Assembly: GCA_964016885.1 (NCBI GenBank)
Contig: OZ024759.1
Coordinates: 3,472,001 to 3,536,000, forward strand
Length of the DNA stretch: 64,000 bases
Direction: 5' to 3'
Source of the DNA: Eledone cirrhosa
Taxonomy: Eukaryota
This document shows, one piece after another, positions 46,104 to 60,949 of the stretch (its first letter is position 1; each line of letters opens with the position of its first letter). The notes beneath the pieces are model-generated. The model made no database searches. It was not told the origin of the DNA and worked only from the letters and a program-made list of their open reading frames with translations. Made by a program: the position numbers and the translations under genes.

Positions 46104-47345
46104 CATCATCATCATCATCATCACCGTTTTACGTCCGTTCTTCCACGCTAGCATGGGTTAGACGGGTTGTCCTGTTGTGGGCAGTGTCTGGTCGGCTGAC
46201 CATGCCTTGCTCATACAGGAACTGATCTGGCTTGATTTCTACAGCTGGATGCCCTTCCTAACACCAACCTCATTTACAGTGAGTGCTGGGTGCTTTTTCG
46301 TGGCGCCTACACGTCCACTTTACAGTGTGGGCTGGGTGCTTTTTTGCCGTGGCACCTCCACGACCACCTTGCGGTGGGGGGGGGGGGGGCATATTGTTTA
46401 TATGCTTCAGCATGTACCCATGGGAGGTCGGGTACCCTGTATTACTGCGTGACGCCAGAAGTCACGGTCGTGTGTCATTGACTTTGAGAGGTGTAGTTGG
46501 GTAAGGTCGGCTTTTATCACCTCATCCCAAGTAATTTTGGGTCTCCCCACTCCGCGGTTTCCATCAACTTCTAGTGCTCTGCACCTTTTTATGCAGCTGT
46601 CATCCTTCATACGCATCACATGTCCATACCAGCGTAACCGCCTCTCCTGCACGCAGCATTTGATTCCTCTTATGCTCAGTCTCTCTCTCAATTCATTTAT
46701 GCTTTGTCGTTCACGTATATTACTGTTACACATCCATCGGAGCATGCAGGCTTCGTTTCTCTCTAATCTACGTAAGTCTTCCACCTTCAGCGCCCAGGTC
46801 TCACTACCATGCAACATCGCTGTTCGGATACACGCATCATACAGTCTGCCTTTCATTCTGAGGGAGAAGCCTTTTGCAGCTAGCAGTGGTAGTAGTTCCC
46901 TAAACTTCTTCCATCCCGTTCTTACCCTAGTTATTGTACTTTCTGAGCACCCACCTCCGTTGCTAATTCGGTCACCTAGGTAGCAGAAGCTGTCTACTGT
47001 TTCTACAGGGCCCTCCCAGAGATTGGTGGTACTTGTTTCCTGTGGCTGTTTGCTTGCTGTTTCAGCACAGCTGCTGCATGTGAATCCTACATTCTTAATT
47101 AAGCTTCCTGAGATCCCGCTACATCTCTTGTGTACCCATTGTTTGCATTTGGGGCAAAGAATGGAGTTCCTACCTACACCTTTCCTACATACTGAGCAAG
47201 GCCATTTCCCTGAGGGGATCTGGGTTCTGTTTTCTCGTCTACTTATAAGGACCTTAGTCTTTGTCATGTTGACTTTGAGGCCCTTTCTCTCTAGTCCCTG
47301 CTTCCAGGTTTGGAATTTATTCTCTAGTTCTACCATAGATTCAGT
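46104..47345 (-). mobile_element. 5'-truncated, relatively young RTE LINE (its 3' part is also present at ~50606-50985)
   Basis: Uninterrupted ~310-codon ORF with the Cys-rich insert and RLRWYGHV...GRPKITW, followed by the 3' UTR and (ATG)n tail. Confidence 0.9.
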
Positions 47346-49309
47346 TGTTTCGCCAAATTGATGTGTGCATATAAACAGCAATGCTGCATTGCAGTGAGGA
47401 CCCCAGAAGATTGGATAGAAATGAAGCTTGAATTCTCCGATGGATGTGTAATATTAATATACATGAAGGGGAAAGTGTTAATAACCTGAGAGAGAACCTG
47501 GGCATGAGAGGGAAAAGATACAGTATGCAGGAGAGGAGATTGCTGTGGTATGGACATGTGATGTGTATGAAGGTAGAGATGCTGTATAAAAGGTTGACCA
47601 CTTGAAATTGATGGAAGAGGAAGACCTAGGAATGCTTGGGATGTGGAGGTAAAAACTGACCTGACACCATTGTACCTCTCAAAGGTGATGACACAGGATT
47701 GAAATCTCTGGCGTTATACAGTACTGCAGGAGACCTGCATTCCCATGTGCACGGGTTGACACAACATTTAGTGGTTTGAAGTATGCTCCAATTTTCCTCC
47801 CCTTCACATCTTAACACTCCACCCCCTTACCAGCTAAGTACACCACCCTGACCTACCTCTCCAATCCCCACTCTACATACACACAACCCCACCCCCACTT
47901 TCACATCTGATACACCTCTCTTGACCAACCCATGTATACAAGTAAGGAAAGCTTAACATTATCTCCTCCAATGCTGCTGAAATGGCTAAAAGCCCTCAGG
48001 CAACCCTGTAAGGTGGTCATGCAAGTGTCATGACAAAAGAGCACCAAGTCCTCTCTGTTAGGTAACATGACAAAAGAACACCTAACCCTCCCTGCAAGGT
48101 AGTCATGCTGATGACATGACAAATAAGCACCCAGTCCACCCTGTGAGGTAGACATGACAGAAGGCCCCTAGCCCACTCTGTAAAGTAGTCATGCTAGTGG
48201 CAAGACTGAAGGGACCCGAAGCACCCTTCAAAGTGATCAAATTGGTGACATGACTTGACACCATTTTTTAGTTTACTTCTAAAATATCTCATTTTTATTT
48301 TACTTCTAAAATATCTCATATATTTAAAAATTACTTATTTTAAAAAATTATTATTTATTTCTTAAAAAAATTACTTTTTAAAGATTATTTAAAATTTTTT
48401 TATATTTTTTAATATTTTTTAAATATTTTTAAACATTTTAAATAGTTTAAGTACTTTTTAAGTATTTTATTTTGTTAAAAGGGTTTTTTGAGTATCTTCT
48501 GAGATTAAAAAAATTTTTTTTTTTATTTTTCCAGAAATGTTTTCCAGAACTTTTAATATTTTAATATTTTAAATATTTTTTAATTATTTAATATTAGAGT
48601 TATAACCAATAACTAATTCTGGCTATATATATCTTTCAACATTTATATCTTCGTCAAAATGGTCTCTTACTAACTAATAAATAAACAAAGCTGGGTTTTT
48701 CAGTATCTTCCTAATTTAAAACATTAAAAACATATAAATAATCTTATTAACTCAGTTAATTTAATTACTTACACTAAATATAAACCAGTATCCCTCATAA
48801 CTTATTAAAACAATTATCTATAACATGATATAGCCATTTATCCACTCATATATCTATTCTTCTATCTATTGATTCTCCTATTTTCTACTTTATATCTATT
48901 TATTTTCAATTTATTATTCAATGTCTTTATATATATTTATTTTTTCTATATATCTATTTTTCTATATACTTATAATAGTAAATATTATATTGTATTATAT
49001 TAGAATTCTAACAATAATTAGTAAATATACGTAACATTAATATAAACGTAATACTTATTTACGTTACATGAGTTCATCCTCTATAAATGTCTTTCTTCTC
49101 TCTATCTCTCTATCTATCTCATAACAGTAATTTTTTTCTCTCTCTTTCTTCTCTTTCTTCCCTATCTTTCCCCAGCGTAATTTAAATAAACGGTTGTTTT
49201 TTCAATTTTTCATACATTCATTTGCATATTCACACATAACTTTGAATTACCCCTAATAAGTTTCCCCTATCCAGCGAATTTCCGACCGTTATTTATAAAA
49301 CAAATTTTG

Positions 49310-49374
49310 TATTTTATCTGATGAAAGAGCACCAAGATTGACTTGGTCGCCCTTGAAATATATATAATAAAATA
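49310..49374 (+). ncRNA. Type I minimal hammerhead ribozyme (family 4)
   Basis: tattttat-CTGATGA-aagagcaccaag attga cttggtcgccctt-GAAA-tatata-TA-ataaaata, with an 8-bp perfect stem I, palindromic stem III and AUA triplet. Confidence 0.8.
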
Positions 49375-50473
49375 AATATGCAAAAGTTCTATTTAAATTG
49401 TTGGGATACAACAAGCAAATATGTTTATAACTGATATAAAGCACTCAACAAGTATTTGGAATAAACATACGATATTAACAATCCTTTTGTATTTTATGTA
49501 CTCAATTATACGATGTACTATATTGATTTATACTTCTCTCTATATGTGAGTATATATGTATATGTGTATATTGACATACATGTACATGTGTTCTATGCAT
49601 TTTTATGAATATATGTCTGTCTGTATGTATGCATGCGTGACGCGAATCTACCAATTTGCCGAGGATGCACACACATGTATATATATGTATATGTAAGAAT
49701 TGTGTGTGTACATGTACATGTATACCCATACAATTTGATTGCAGATAGACATAACTAACAGCCATAAATGCATAACAGCTAATCTTATATATTTATATAT
49801 ATATATTAAAAAAAATTTGTTATAAAAAATATTTTATTTAATAACACAAAGGATGGATAACATTAAATTAAAAATTCATTTATGCTTTGTATGTATATAT
49901 TATATACGTGGTTAGATATGGTGTGTATTTTGTGAGTGTGTGTATATATATATATTTATGTGTATTTTTGCGTGTGTGTACGTGTTATATGATATGTAGT
50001 TCTCTAGCAATATATAGATTTCTTAATGTTTAGATTCCAATTTTTAATATATTGATCTCAATTTTTAAACTAAATATCTAATCATAGTTAAACAATGATT
50101 AATTTCTCATATTATGTATGTATATTCCATTCATGATTATTAATATTTCTAATTTTATTTATTCATTTCATCTCAATTGTTAAGTTAACTTAATATGACA
50201 TGACTTAATGTGTTCATTCTTTCCCCCTCTCTCTATCTCTATATTTTTGTCTCTGTCTGGTGTTTTGATATATCTCTCTCGTTTTTCTCTCCTTTTTCTT
50301 TCTTTCTTTCTCCCTTTTCTCTCTCTCCGTCTTTTTCCTTATCTGTAACACTACGACTTATTTTAAAAATACTAATATAAGTAAACAACTCCACTATCCC
50401 TGAGTCTTCCAAAAGTAACGGTTGCATTTTGTAAGGGTATGTCAATATTTATTTATAAAACTGTTATATATTG

Positions 50474-50538
50474 TATTTTGTCTGATGAAAGCATACCATA
50501 ATTTAACATGGTATCCTTGAAATATGTATAATGAAATA
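50474..50538 (+). ncRNA. Type I minimal hammerhead ribozyme (family 4, second copy)
   Basis: tattttgt-CTGATGA-aagcataccat aatttaac atggtatcctt-GAAA-tatgta-TA-atgaaata; the stem II sequence differs from the first copy but still pairs. Confidence 0.75.
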
Positions 50539-51248
50539 GATATGGTTTTATAAATATAGTTTCCATTTGTTAATATCGTATAATAAAATAAATATAGTTT
50601 TATAAATCATCATCACCGTTTTACGTCCGTTCTTCCATGCTAGCATGGGTTAGACGGGTTGTCCTGTTGTGGGCAGTGTCTGGTCGGCTGACCATGCCTT
50701 GCTCATACAGGAACTGATTTTGGCTTTTCTATAGCCGGATGCCCTTCCTAACACCAACCTCATTTACAGTGAGTGTTGCGTGCTTTTTTCCGTGGCACCT
50801 ATGCGTCCACTTTACAGTGTGGGCTGGGTGCTTTTTTTGTGTGGCACCTCCACGACCACTTTGCAGTGGGAGGGTGTGGGGGCATATTGTCTATATGCTT
50901 CAGCTTGAACCCATGGGAGGTCGGGTACTCTGTATTACTGCGTGATGCCAGAGGTCACGGTCGTGTGTCATCGCCTTTGAGAGGTGTGTGTTTATATATA
51001 TATATATATACAAATAAATTATCGAGAATCGGAATCTCGGCCCATGAAATAATGAAACACAATCAAAGTGCTCAATAGTTTGGATAAACCAGAGCTATAA
51101 CTAACGTTTAAATACCAACACACTGAGATAATGCTTAAAATCATTCGCACAGCCGAAAAAAACGACCAAGAAAATTCGGGTCAGACAAATAATAAATATA
51201 TATATATATATTTTTTCTTTTAACATATATGTGTATATAAAATATATA

Positions 51249-51323
51249 CAGGGTCTCCCCAAAAATGTATACACACTTCAACTACAGTCTATGTAAGTGT
51301 GTATACATTTTGGGGGGACACTG
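51249..51323. mobile_element. 75-bp Tc1/mariner-type miniature element
   Basis: ta|CAGGGTCTCCCCAAAAATGTATACACACTT...AAGTGTGTATACATTTTGGGGGGACACTG|ta. Confidence 0.75.
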
Positions 51324-51779
51324 TAATATACATATCATTAAACGTATCTCCTACATGTGTATAAATAAATATACATGTATTTAATTAACAATTTTCTGTA
51401 GAATCTGTTAAACATGGAAGAAAATGTGGAGACTAAATAAAATTAACGTGTTGGTCACATTAACTTAATAATATAACTATATATTAATGAAATATGTCGA
51501 AATAAAAGTTGTAATTGTGACAAAAATATTGAGTTGGTAGTTTATTATGACCAAGACTACTCATTATCCCACTACATATTTTGTATACTATATATATACT
51601 GTATATATACAGTTTATATATATATACACACACACATATAATTGCGTATTCACACATTATCTTAGTAATGAAATAATAATTTTAGTAAATTGTTCACCAG
51701 GCAATTCCTTCCTCAATCATTACATAGATGTGTGTATGCAATAAATATTTTGTATTGTGTGTCTATTTAGAAATATGTA

Positions 51780-54700
51780 TGTGTAGATGTGTGTGTGTGT
51801 GTAACACAGTAGATGTGTGTGTATGTAACACAATAGATGTGTGTGTATGTAACCCAGTAGATGTGTGTGTATGTAACTCAGCAGATGTGTGTGTGTAACA
51901 CAGTAGATGTGTGTGTATGTAACTCAGCAGATGTGTGTGTATGTAACACAGTAGATGTGTGTGTGTGTGTAACACAGTATATGTATGTGTATGTAACACA
52001 CTAGATGTGTGTGTATATATAACACAGTAGATGTGTATGTAACACAGTAGATGTGTATATATAACACAGTAGATGTGTGTATATGTAACACAGTAGATGT
52101 GTATATATAACACAGTAGATGTGTATGTAACACAGATATGTATATATAACACAGTAGATGTGTGTGTATGTAACACAGATGTGTGTGTATGTAACAAGTA
52201 GATGTGTGTATGTAACACAGTAGATGTGTATATATAACATAGTAGATGTGTGTGTATGTAACACAGATGTGTGTATGTAACTCAGCAGATGTGTGTGTGT
52301 AACACAGTAGATGTGTGTGTATGTAACTCAGCAGATGTGTGTGTATGTAACACAGTAGATGTGTGTGTATGTAACACAGTAGATGTGTGTGTAACACAGT
52401 ATGTGTATGTAACACACTAGATGTATGTGTATATATAACACAGTAGATGTGTATGTAACACAGTAGATGTGTATATATAACACAGTAGATGTGTGTATAT
52501 GTAACACAGTAGATGTGTATATATAACACAGTAGATGTGTATGTAACACAGTAGATGTGTATATATAACACAGTAGATGTGTGTATGTAACACAGTAGAT
52601 GTTTATGTAACACAGTAGATGTGTATATATACCATAGTAGATGTGTGTGTATGTAACACAGATGTGTGTATGTAACTCAGCTGATGTGTGTGTAACACAG
52701 TAGATGTGTGTGTATGTAACTCAGCAGATGTGTGTGTAACTCAGCAGATGTATGTGTATGTAACACAGTAGATGTGTGTGTGTGTAACACAGTATGTGTA
52801 TGTAACACACTAGATATGTGTGTATATATAACACAGTAGATGTGTATGTAACACAGTAGATGTGTATATATAACACAGTAGATGTGTGTATATGTAACAC
52901 AGTAGATGTGTATATATAACACAGATGTGTATGTAACACAGTAGATGTGTATATATAACACAGTAGATGTGTGTGTATGTAACAAGTAGATGTGTGTATG
53001 TAACACAGTAGATGTGTATGTGTAACACAGTAGATGTGTATATATAACACAGTAGATGTGTGTGTATGTAACACAGATGTGTGTGTATGTAACAAGTAGA
53101 TGTGTGTATGTAACACAGCAGATGTGTGTGTGTAACACAGTAGATGTGTGTGTATGTAACTCAGCAGATGTGTGTGTATGTAACAAGTAGATGTGTGTAT
53201 GTAACACTGTAGATGTGTATGTAACACAGTAGATGTGTATATATAACATAGTAGATGTGTGTGTATGTAACACAGATGTGTGTATGTAACTCAGCAGATG
53301 TGTGTGTGTAACACAGTAGATGTGTGTGTATGTAACTCAGCAGATGTGTGTGTATGTAACACAGATGTGTGTGTGTGTGTGTGTAACACAGTATGTGTAT
53401 GTAACACACTAGATGTGTGTGTATATATAACACAGTAGATGTGTGTGTATATATAACACAGTAGATGTGTGTGTGTGTGTAACACAGTATGTGTATGTAA
53501 CACACTAGATGTGTGTGTATATATAACACAGTAGATGTGTATGTAACACAGTAGATGTGTATATATAACACAGTAGATGTGTGTATATATAACACAGTAG
53601 ATGTGTATGTAACACAGTAGATGTGTATATATAACACAGTAGATGTGTGTATATGTAACACAGTAGATGTGTATATATAACACAGTAGATGTGTATGTAA
53701 CACAGTAGATGTGTATATATAACACAGTAGATGTGTGTGTATGTAACACAGATGTGTGTGTATGTAACAAGTAGATGTGTGTATATGTAACACAGTAGAT
53801 GTGTATGTAACACAGTAGATGTGTATATATACCATAGTAGATGTGTGTGTATGTAACACAGATGTGTGTATGTAACTCAGCAGATGTGTGTGTGTAACAC
53901 AGTAGATGTGTGTGTATGTAACTCAGCAGATGTGTGTGTATGTAACTCAGCAGATGTGTGTGTATGTAACACAGTAGATGTGTGTGTGTGTGTAACACAG
54001 TATGTGTATGTAACACACTAGATGTGTGTGTATATATAACACAGTAGATGTGTATGTAACACAGTAGATGTGTATATATAACACAGTAGATGTGTGTATA
54101 TGTAACACAGTAGATGTGTATATATAACACAGTAGATGTGTATGTAACACAGTAGATGTGTATATATAACACAGTAGATGTGTGTGTATGTAACACAGAT
54201 GTGTGTGTATGTAACAAGTAGATGTGTGTATGTAACACAGTAGATGTGTATGTGTAACACAGTAGATGTGTATATATAACACAGTAGATGTGTGTGTATG
54301 TAACACAGATGTGTGTGTATGTAACAAGTAGATGTGTGTATGTAACACAGCAGATGTGTGTGTGTAACACAGTAGATGTGTGTGTATGTAACACAGCAGA
54401 TTGTGTGTATGTAACAAGTAGATGTGCGTATGTAACACAGTAGATGTGTATGTAACACAGTAGATGTGTATATATAACATAGTAGATGTGTGTGTATGTA
54501 ACACAGATGTGTGTATGTAACTCAGCAGATGTGTGTGTGTAACACAGTAGATGTGTGTGTATGTAACTCAGCAGATGTGTGTGTATGTAACACAGTAGAT
54601 GTGTGTGTGTGTGTAACACAGTATGTGTATGTAACACACTAGATGTGTGTGTATATATAACACAGTAGATGTGTATGTAACACAGTAGATGTGTATATAT

Positions 54701-57700
54701 AACATAGTAGATGTGTGTGTATGTAACACAGATGTGTGTATGTAACTCAGCAGATGTGTGTATGTAACACAGTAGATGTGTGTGTATGTAACTCAGCAGA
54801 TGTGTGTGTATGTAACACAGTAGATGTGTGTGTGTGTGTAACACAGTATGTGTATGTAACACACTAGATGTGTGTGTATATATATAACACAGTAGATGTG
54901 TATGTAACACAGTAGATGTGTATATATAACACATTAGATGTGTGTATATGTAACACAGTAGATGTGTATGTAACACAGATATGTATATATAACACAGTAG
55001 ATGTGTGTGTATGTAACACAGATGTGTGTGTATGTAACAAGTAGATGTGTGTATGTAACACAGTAGATGTGTATATATAACATAGTAGATGTGTGTGTAT
55101 GTAACACAGATGTGTGTATGTAACTCAGCAGATGTGTGTGTGTAACACAGTAGATGTGTGTGTATGTAACTCAGCAGATGTGTGTGTATGTAACACAGTA
55201 GATGTGTGTGTATGTAACACAGTAGATGTGTGTGTAACACAGTATATGTATGTAACACACTAGATGTATGTGTATATATAACACAGTAGATGTGTATGTA
55301 ACACAGTAGATGTGTATATATAACACAGTAGATGTGTGTATATGTAACACAGTAGATGTGTATATATAACACAGTAGATGTGTATGTAACACAGTAGATG
55401 TGTATATATAACACAGTAAATGTGTGTATGTAACACAGTAGATGTGTATGTAACACAGTAGATGTGTATATATACCATAGTAGATGTGTGTGTATGTAAC
55501 ACAGATGTGTGTATGTAACTCAGCAGATGTGTGTGTGTAACACAGTAGATGTGTGTGTATGTAACTCAGCAGATGTGTGTGTATGTAACTCAGCAGATGT
55601 ATGTGTATGTAACACAGTAGATGTGTGTGTGTGTAACACAGTATGTGTATGTAACACACTAGATATGTGTGTATATATAACACAGTAGATGTGTATGTAA
55701 CACAGTAGATGTGTATATATAACACAGTAGATGTGTGTATATGTAACACAGTAGATGTGTATATATATAACACAGTAGATGTGTATGTAACACAGTAGAT
55801 GTGTATATATAACACAGTAGATCTGTGTGTATGTAACACAGATGTGTGTGTATGTAACAAGTAGATGTGTGTATGTAACACAGTAGATGTGTATGTGTAA
55901 CACAGTAGATGTGTATATATAACACAGTAGATGTGTGTGTATGTAACAAGTAGATGTGTGTATGTAACACAGCAGATGTGTGTGTGTAACACAGTAGATG
56001 TGTGTGTATGTAACACAGCAGATTGTGTGTATGTAACAAGTAGATGTGCGTATGTAACACAGTAGATGTGTATGTAACACAGTAGATGTGTATATATAAC
56101 ATAGTAGATGTGTGTGTATGTAACACAGATGTGTGTATGTAACTCAGCAGATGTGTGTGTGTAACACAGTAGATGTGTGTGTATGTAACTCAGCAGATGT
56201 GTGTGTATGTAACACAGTAGATGTGTGTGTGTGTGTAACACAGTATGTGTATGTAACACACTAGATGTGTGTGTATATATAACACAGTAGATGTGTGTGT
56301 ATATATAACACAGTAGATGTGTGTGTGTGTGTAACACAGTATGTGTATGTAACACACTAGATGTGTGTGTATATATAACACAGTAGATGTGTATATAACA
56401 CAGTAGATGTGTATATATAACACAGTAGATGTGTGTATATGTAACACAGTAGATGTGTGTATGTAACACAGTAGATGTGTATGTAACACAGTAGATGTGT
56501 ATATATAACATAGTAGATGTGTGTGTATGTAACACAGATGTGTGTATGTAACTCAGCAGATGTGTGTATGTAACACAGTAGATGTGTGTGTATGTAACTC
56601 AGCAGATGTGTGTGTATGTAACACAGTAGATGTGTGTGTGTGTGTAACACAGTATGTGTATGTAACACTAGATGTGTGTGTATATATAACACAGTAGATG
56701 TGTATGTAACACAGTAGATGTGTATATATAACACATTAGATGTGTGTATATGTAACACAGTAGATGTGTATGTAACACAGATATGTATATATAACACAGT
56801 AGATGTGTGTGTATGTAACACAGATGTGTGTGTATGTAACAAGTAGATGTGTGTATGTAACACAGTAGATGTGTATATATAACATAGTAGATGTGTGTGT
56901 ATGTAACACAGATGTGTGTATGTAACTCAGCAGATGTGTGTGTGTAACACAGTAGATGTGTGTGTATGTAACTCAGCAGATGTGTGTGTATGTAACACAG
57001 TAGATGTGTGTGTATGTAACACAGTAGATGTGTGTGTAACACAGTATATGTATGTAACACACTAGATGTATGTGTATATATAACACAGTAGATGTGTATG
57101 TAACACAGTAGATGTGTATATATAACACAGTAGATGTGTGTATATGTAACACAGTAGATGTGTATATATAACACAGTAGATGTGTATGTAACACAGTAGA
57201 TGTGTATATATAACACAGTAGATGTGTGTATGTAACACAGTAGATGTGTATGTAACACAGTAGATGTGTATATTTACCATAGTAGATGTGTGTGTATGTA
57301 ACACAGATGTGTGTATGTAACTCAGCAGATGTGTGTGTGTAACACAGTAGATGTGTGTGTATGTAACTCAGCAGATGTGTGTGTATGTAACTCAGCAGAT
57401 GTATGTGTATGTAACACAGTAGATGTGTGTGTGTGTAACACAGTATGTGTATGTAACACACTAGATATGTGTGTATATATAACACAGTAGATGTGTATGT
57501 AACACAGTAGATGTGTGTATATAACACAGTAGATGTGTGTATATGTAACACAGTAGATGTGTATATATAACACAGTAGATGTGTATGTAACACAGTAGAT
57601 GTGTATATATAACACAGTAGATGTGTGTGTATGTAACACAGATGTGTGTGTATGTAACACAGTAGATGTGTATGTGTAACACAGTAGATGTGTATATATA

Positions 57701-60095
57701 ACACAGTAGATGTGTGTGTATGTAACACAGATGTGTGTGTATGTAACAAGTAGATGTGTGTATGTAACACAGCAGATGTGTGTGTGTAACACAGTAGATG
57801 TGTGTGTATGTAACTCAGCAGATGTGTGTGTATGTAACAAGTAGATGTGTGTATGTAACACTGTAGATGTGTATGTAACACAGTAGATGTGTATATATAA
57901 CATAGTAGATGTGTGTGTATGTAACACAGATATGTGTATGTAACTCAGCAGATGTGTGTGTGTAACACAGTAGATGTGTGTGTATGTAACTCAGCAGATG
58001 TGTGTGTATGTAACACAGTAGATGTGTGTGTGTGTGTGTGTAACACAGTATGTGTATGTAACACACTAGATGTGTGTGTATATATAACACAGTAGATGTG
58101 TGTGTATATATAACACAGTAGATGTGTGTGTGTATGTAACACAGTATGTGTATGTAACACACTAGATGTGTGTGTATATATAACACAGTAGATGTGTATG
58201 TAACACAGTAGATGTGTATATATAACACAGTAGATGTGTGTATATGTAACACAGTAGATGTGTATATATAACACAGTAGATGTGTATGTAACACAGTAGA
58301 TGTGTATATATAACACAGTAGATGTGTGTGTATGTAACACAGATGTGTGTGTATGTAACAAGTAGATGTGTGTATGTAACACAGTAGATGTGTATGTAAC
58401 ACAGTAGATGTGTATATATACCATAGTAGATGTGTGTGTATGTAACACAGATGTGTGTATGTAACTCAGCAGATGTGTGTGTGTAACACAGTAGATGTGT
58501 GTGTATGTAACTCAGCAGATGTGTGTGTATGTAACTCAGCAGATGTGTGTGTATGTAACACAGTAGATGTGTGTGTGTGTGTAACACAGTATGTGTATGT
58601 AAAACACTAGATGTGTGTGTATATATAACACAGTAGATGTGTATGTAACACAGTAGATGTGTATATATAACACAGTAGATGTGTGTATATGTAACACAGT
58701 AGATGTGTATATATAACACAGTAGATGTGTATGTAACACAGTAGATGTGTATATATAACACAGTAGATGTGTGTGTATGTAACACAGATGTGTGTGTATG
58801 TAACAAGTAGATGTGTGTATGTAACACAGTAGATGTGTATGTGTAACACAGTAGATGTGTATATATAACACAGTAGATGTGTGTGTATGTAACACATATG
58901 TGTGTGTATGTAACAAGTAGATGTGTGTATGTAACACAGCAGATGTGTGTGTGTAACACAGTAGATGTGTGTGTATGTAACTCAGCAGATGTGTGTGTAT
59001 GTAACAAGTAGATGTGTGTATGTAACACAGTAGATGTGTATGTAACACAGTAGATGTGTATATATAACATAGTAGATGTGTGTGTATGTAACACAGATGT
59101 GTGTATGTAACTCAGCAGATGTGTGTGTGTAACACAGTAGATGTGTGTGTATGTAACTCAGCAGATGTGTGTGTATGTAACACAGTAGATGTGTGTGTGT
59201 GTGTAACACAGTATGTGTATGTAACACACTAGATGTGTGTGTATATATAACACAGTAGATGTGTGTGTATATATAACACAGTAGATGTGTGTGTGTGTGT
59301 AACACAGTATGTGTATGTAACACACTAGATGTGTGTGTATATATAACACAGTAGATGTGTATGTAACACAGTAGATGTGTATATATAACACAGTAGATGT
59401 GTGTATATGTAACACAGTAGATGTGTGTATGTAACACAGTAGATGTGTGTATGTAACACAGTAGATGTGTATGTAACACAGTAGATGTGTATATATAACA
59501 TAGTAGATGTGTGTGTATGTAACACAGATGTGTGTATGTAACTCAGCAGATGTGTGTATGTAACACAGTAGATGTGTGTGTATGTAACTCAGCAGATGTG
59601 TGTGTATGTAACACAGTAGATGTGTGTGTGTGTGTAACACAGTATGTGTATGTAACACACTAGATGTGTGTGTATATATAACACAGTAGATGTGTATGTA
59701 ACACAGTAGATGTGTATATATAACACATTAGATGTGTGTATATGTAACACAGTAGATGTGTATATATAACACAGTAGATGTGTGTATGTAACACAGTAGA
59801 TGTGTATGTAACACAGTAGATGTGTATATATAACACAGTAGATGTGTGTATATATAACATAGTAGATGTGTGTGTATGTAACACAGTAGATGTGTGTATA
59901 TATAACACAGTAGATGTGTGTGTATGTAACACAGTAGATGTGTGTATGTAACAGTATATGTATGTGTATGTAACACACTAGATGTGTGTGTATATGTAAC
60001 ACAGTAGATCTGTGTGTATGTAACACAGTAGATCTGTGTGTATGTAATACAGTACATGTATGTATGTAACACAGTAGATGTGTGTGTATGTAACT
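51780..60095. repeat. 8.3-kb complex satellite: TAACACAGTAGA-type cores separated by variable (TG)n/(TA)n, with higher-order structure
   Basis: Hundreds of ~19-30 bp units with recurrent core variants (AACTCAGCAGA, AACAAGTAGA, AACACACTAGA, AACATAGTAGA, ACCATAGTAGA). Confidence 0.95.
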
Positions 60096-60949
60096 AAAGT
60101 GTAACGTACGTTACGAATGGACAACTAAAAGATTTTAACTTGTTTTTTAACAATTCATGGTGGAAAAAAATTTTAATTGTCTCAATTCAGACCATAAAGG
60201 GCCGCAACACACGGTGTTTGACGCACTTACCGGCTACATAGCCTCGGAGTCTATTTTACTGAGACCAGCTACATATCTTCTTCCTAAAATCTTCCAACAT
60301 AATTTTATACAAGAACCACATGTTAAGTTACTAATAAAATAATTAATAATTAAAAACTTCAGTAAATCCTTCAAATGATATCTCAGTAATGAAATAATTA
60401 ATAATTGTTATAAATACCTCAAAATTCCTCATTAATTAAACCCAAGACAGGTAAAAACTCCAGAGTCTTTCAATCGGACATGAAACAAATTAATTTCTAA
60501 TGAAAGAAGATTGTAAAGTCAGCCAAGGGAGATCACTCTCAGCGACTTATCGTAATTCTTGTTCCTGAATTAATCCGGATGAAAATATTCCGGTGTATTT
60601 TGTGTGGAGGAAACCGGATTTAGGCGGTGATAGCACGCAATACATGAACGTATGGTTCGTGAGTTCGAATCCCATACCGGGTGGTCTGTACGTCGGGGCC
60701 TTGAACAAGACACTTTATTTCTCATTGTTTTATTTCACCCAGCTGGCAAAAATAATAAGTTGTAATAATTATAGTGGAAATGTTGTTACATAGAATTGTC
60801 ACACTGAATCTCCCTGAGAAGAATGTCAACGGTATACGTGTCAATGAAATACTCAGACACATTATAATATAAGATGGGTTCTACATGTATTTCAAAGGGA
60901 AGCCATGCCATACGTCTTGCTGAATCTCCCTGAGAACTACGTATATACT

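Noticed and set aside
51763-60072. Long ORFs (up to 721 aa) and a repeat-spacer look reminiscent of CRISPR
   Set aside because: The ORFs are satellite artefacts. The spacers are dinucleotide runs rather than unique sequences, there are no cas genes, and the context is eukaryotic.
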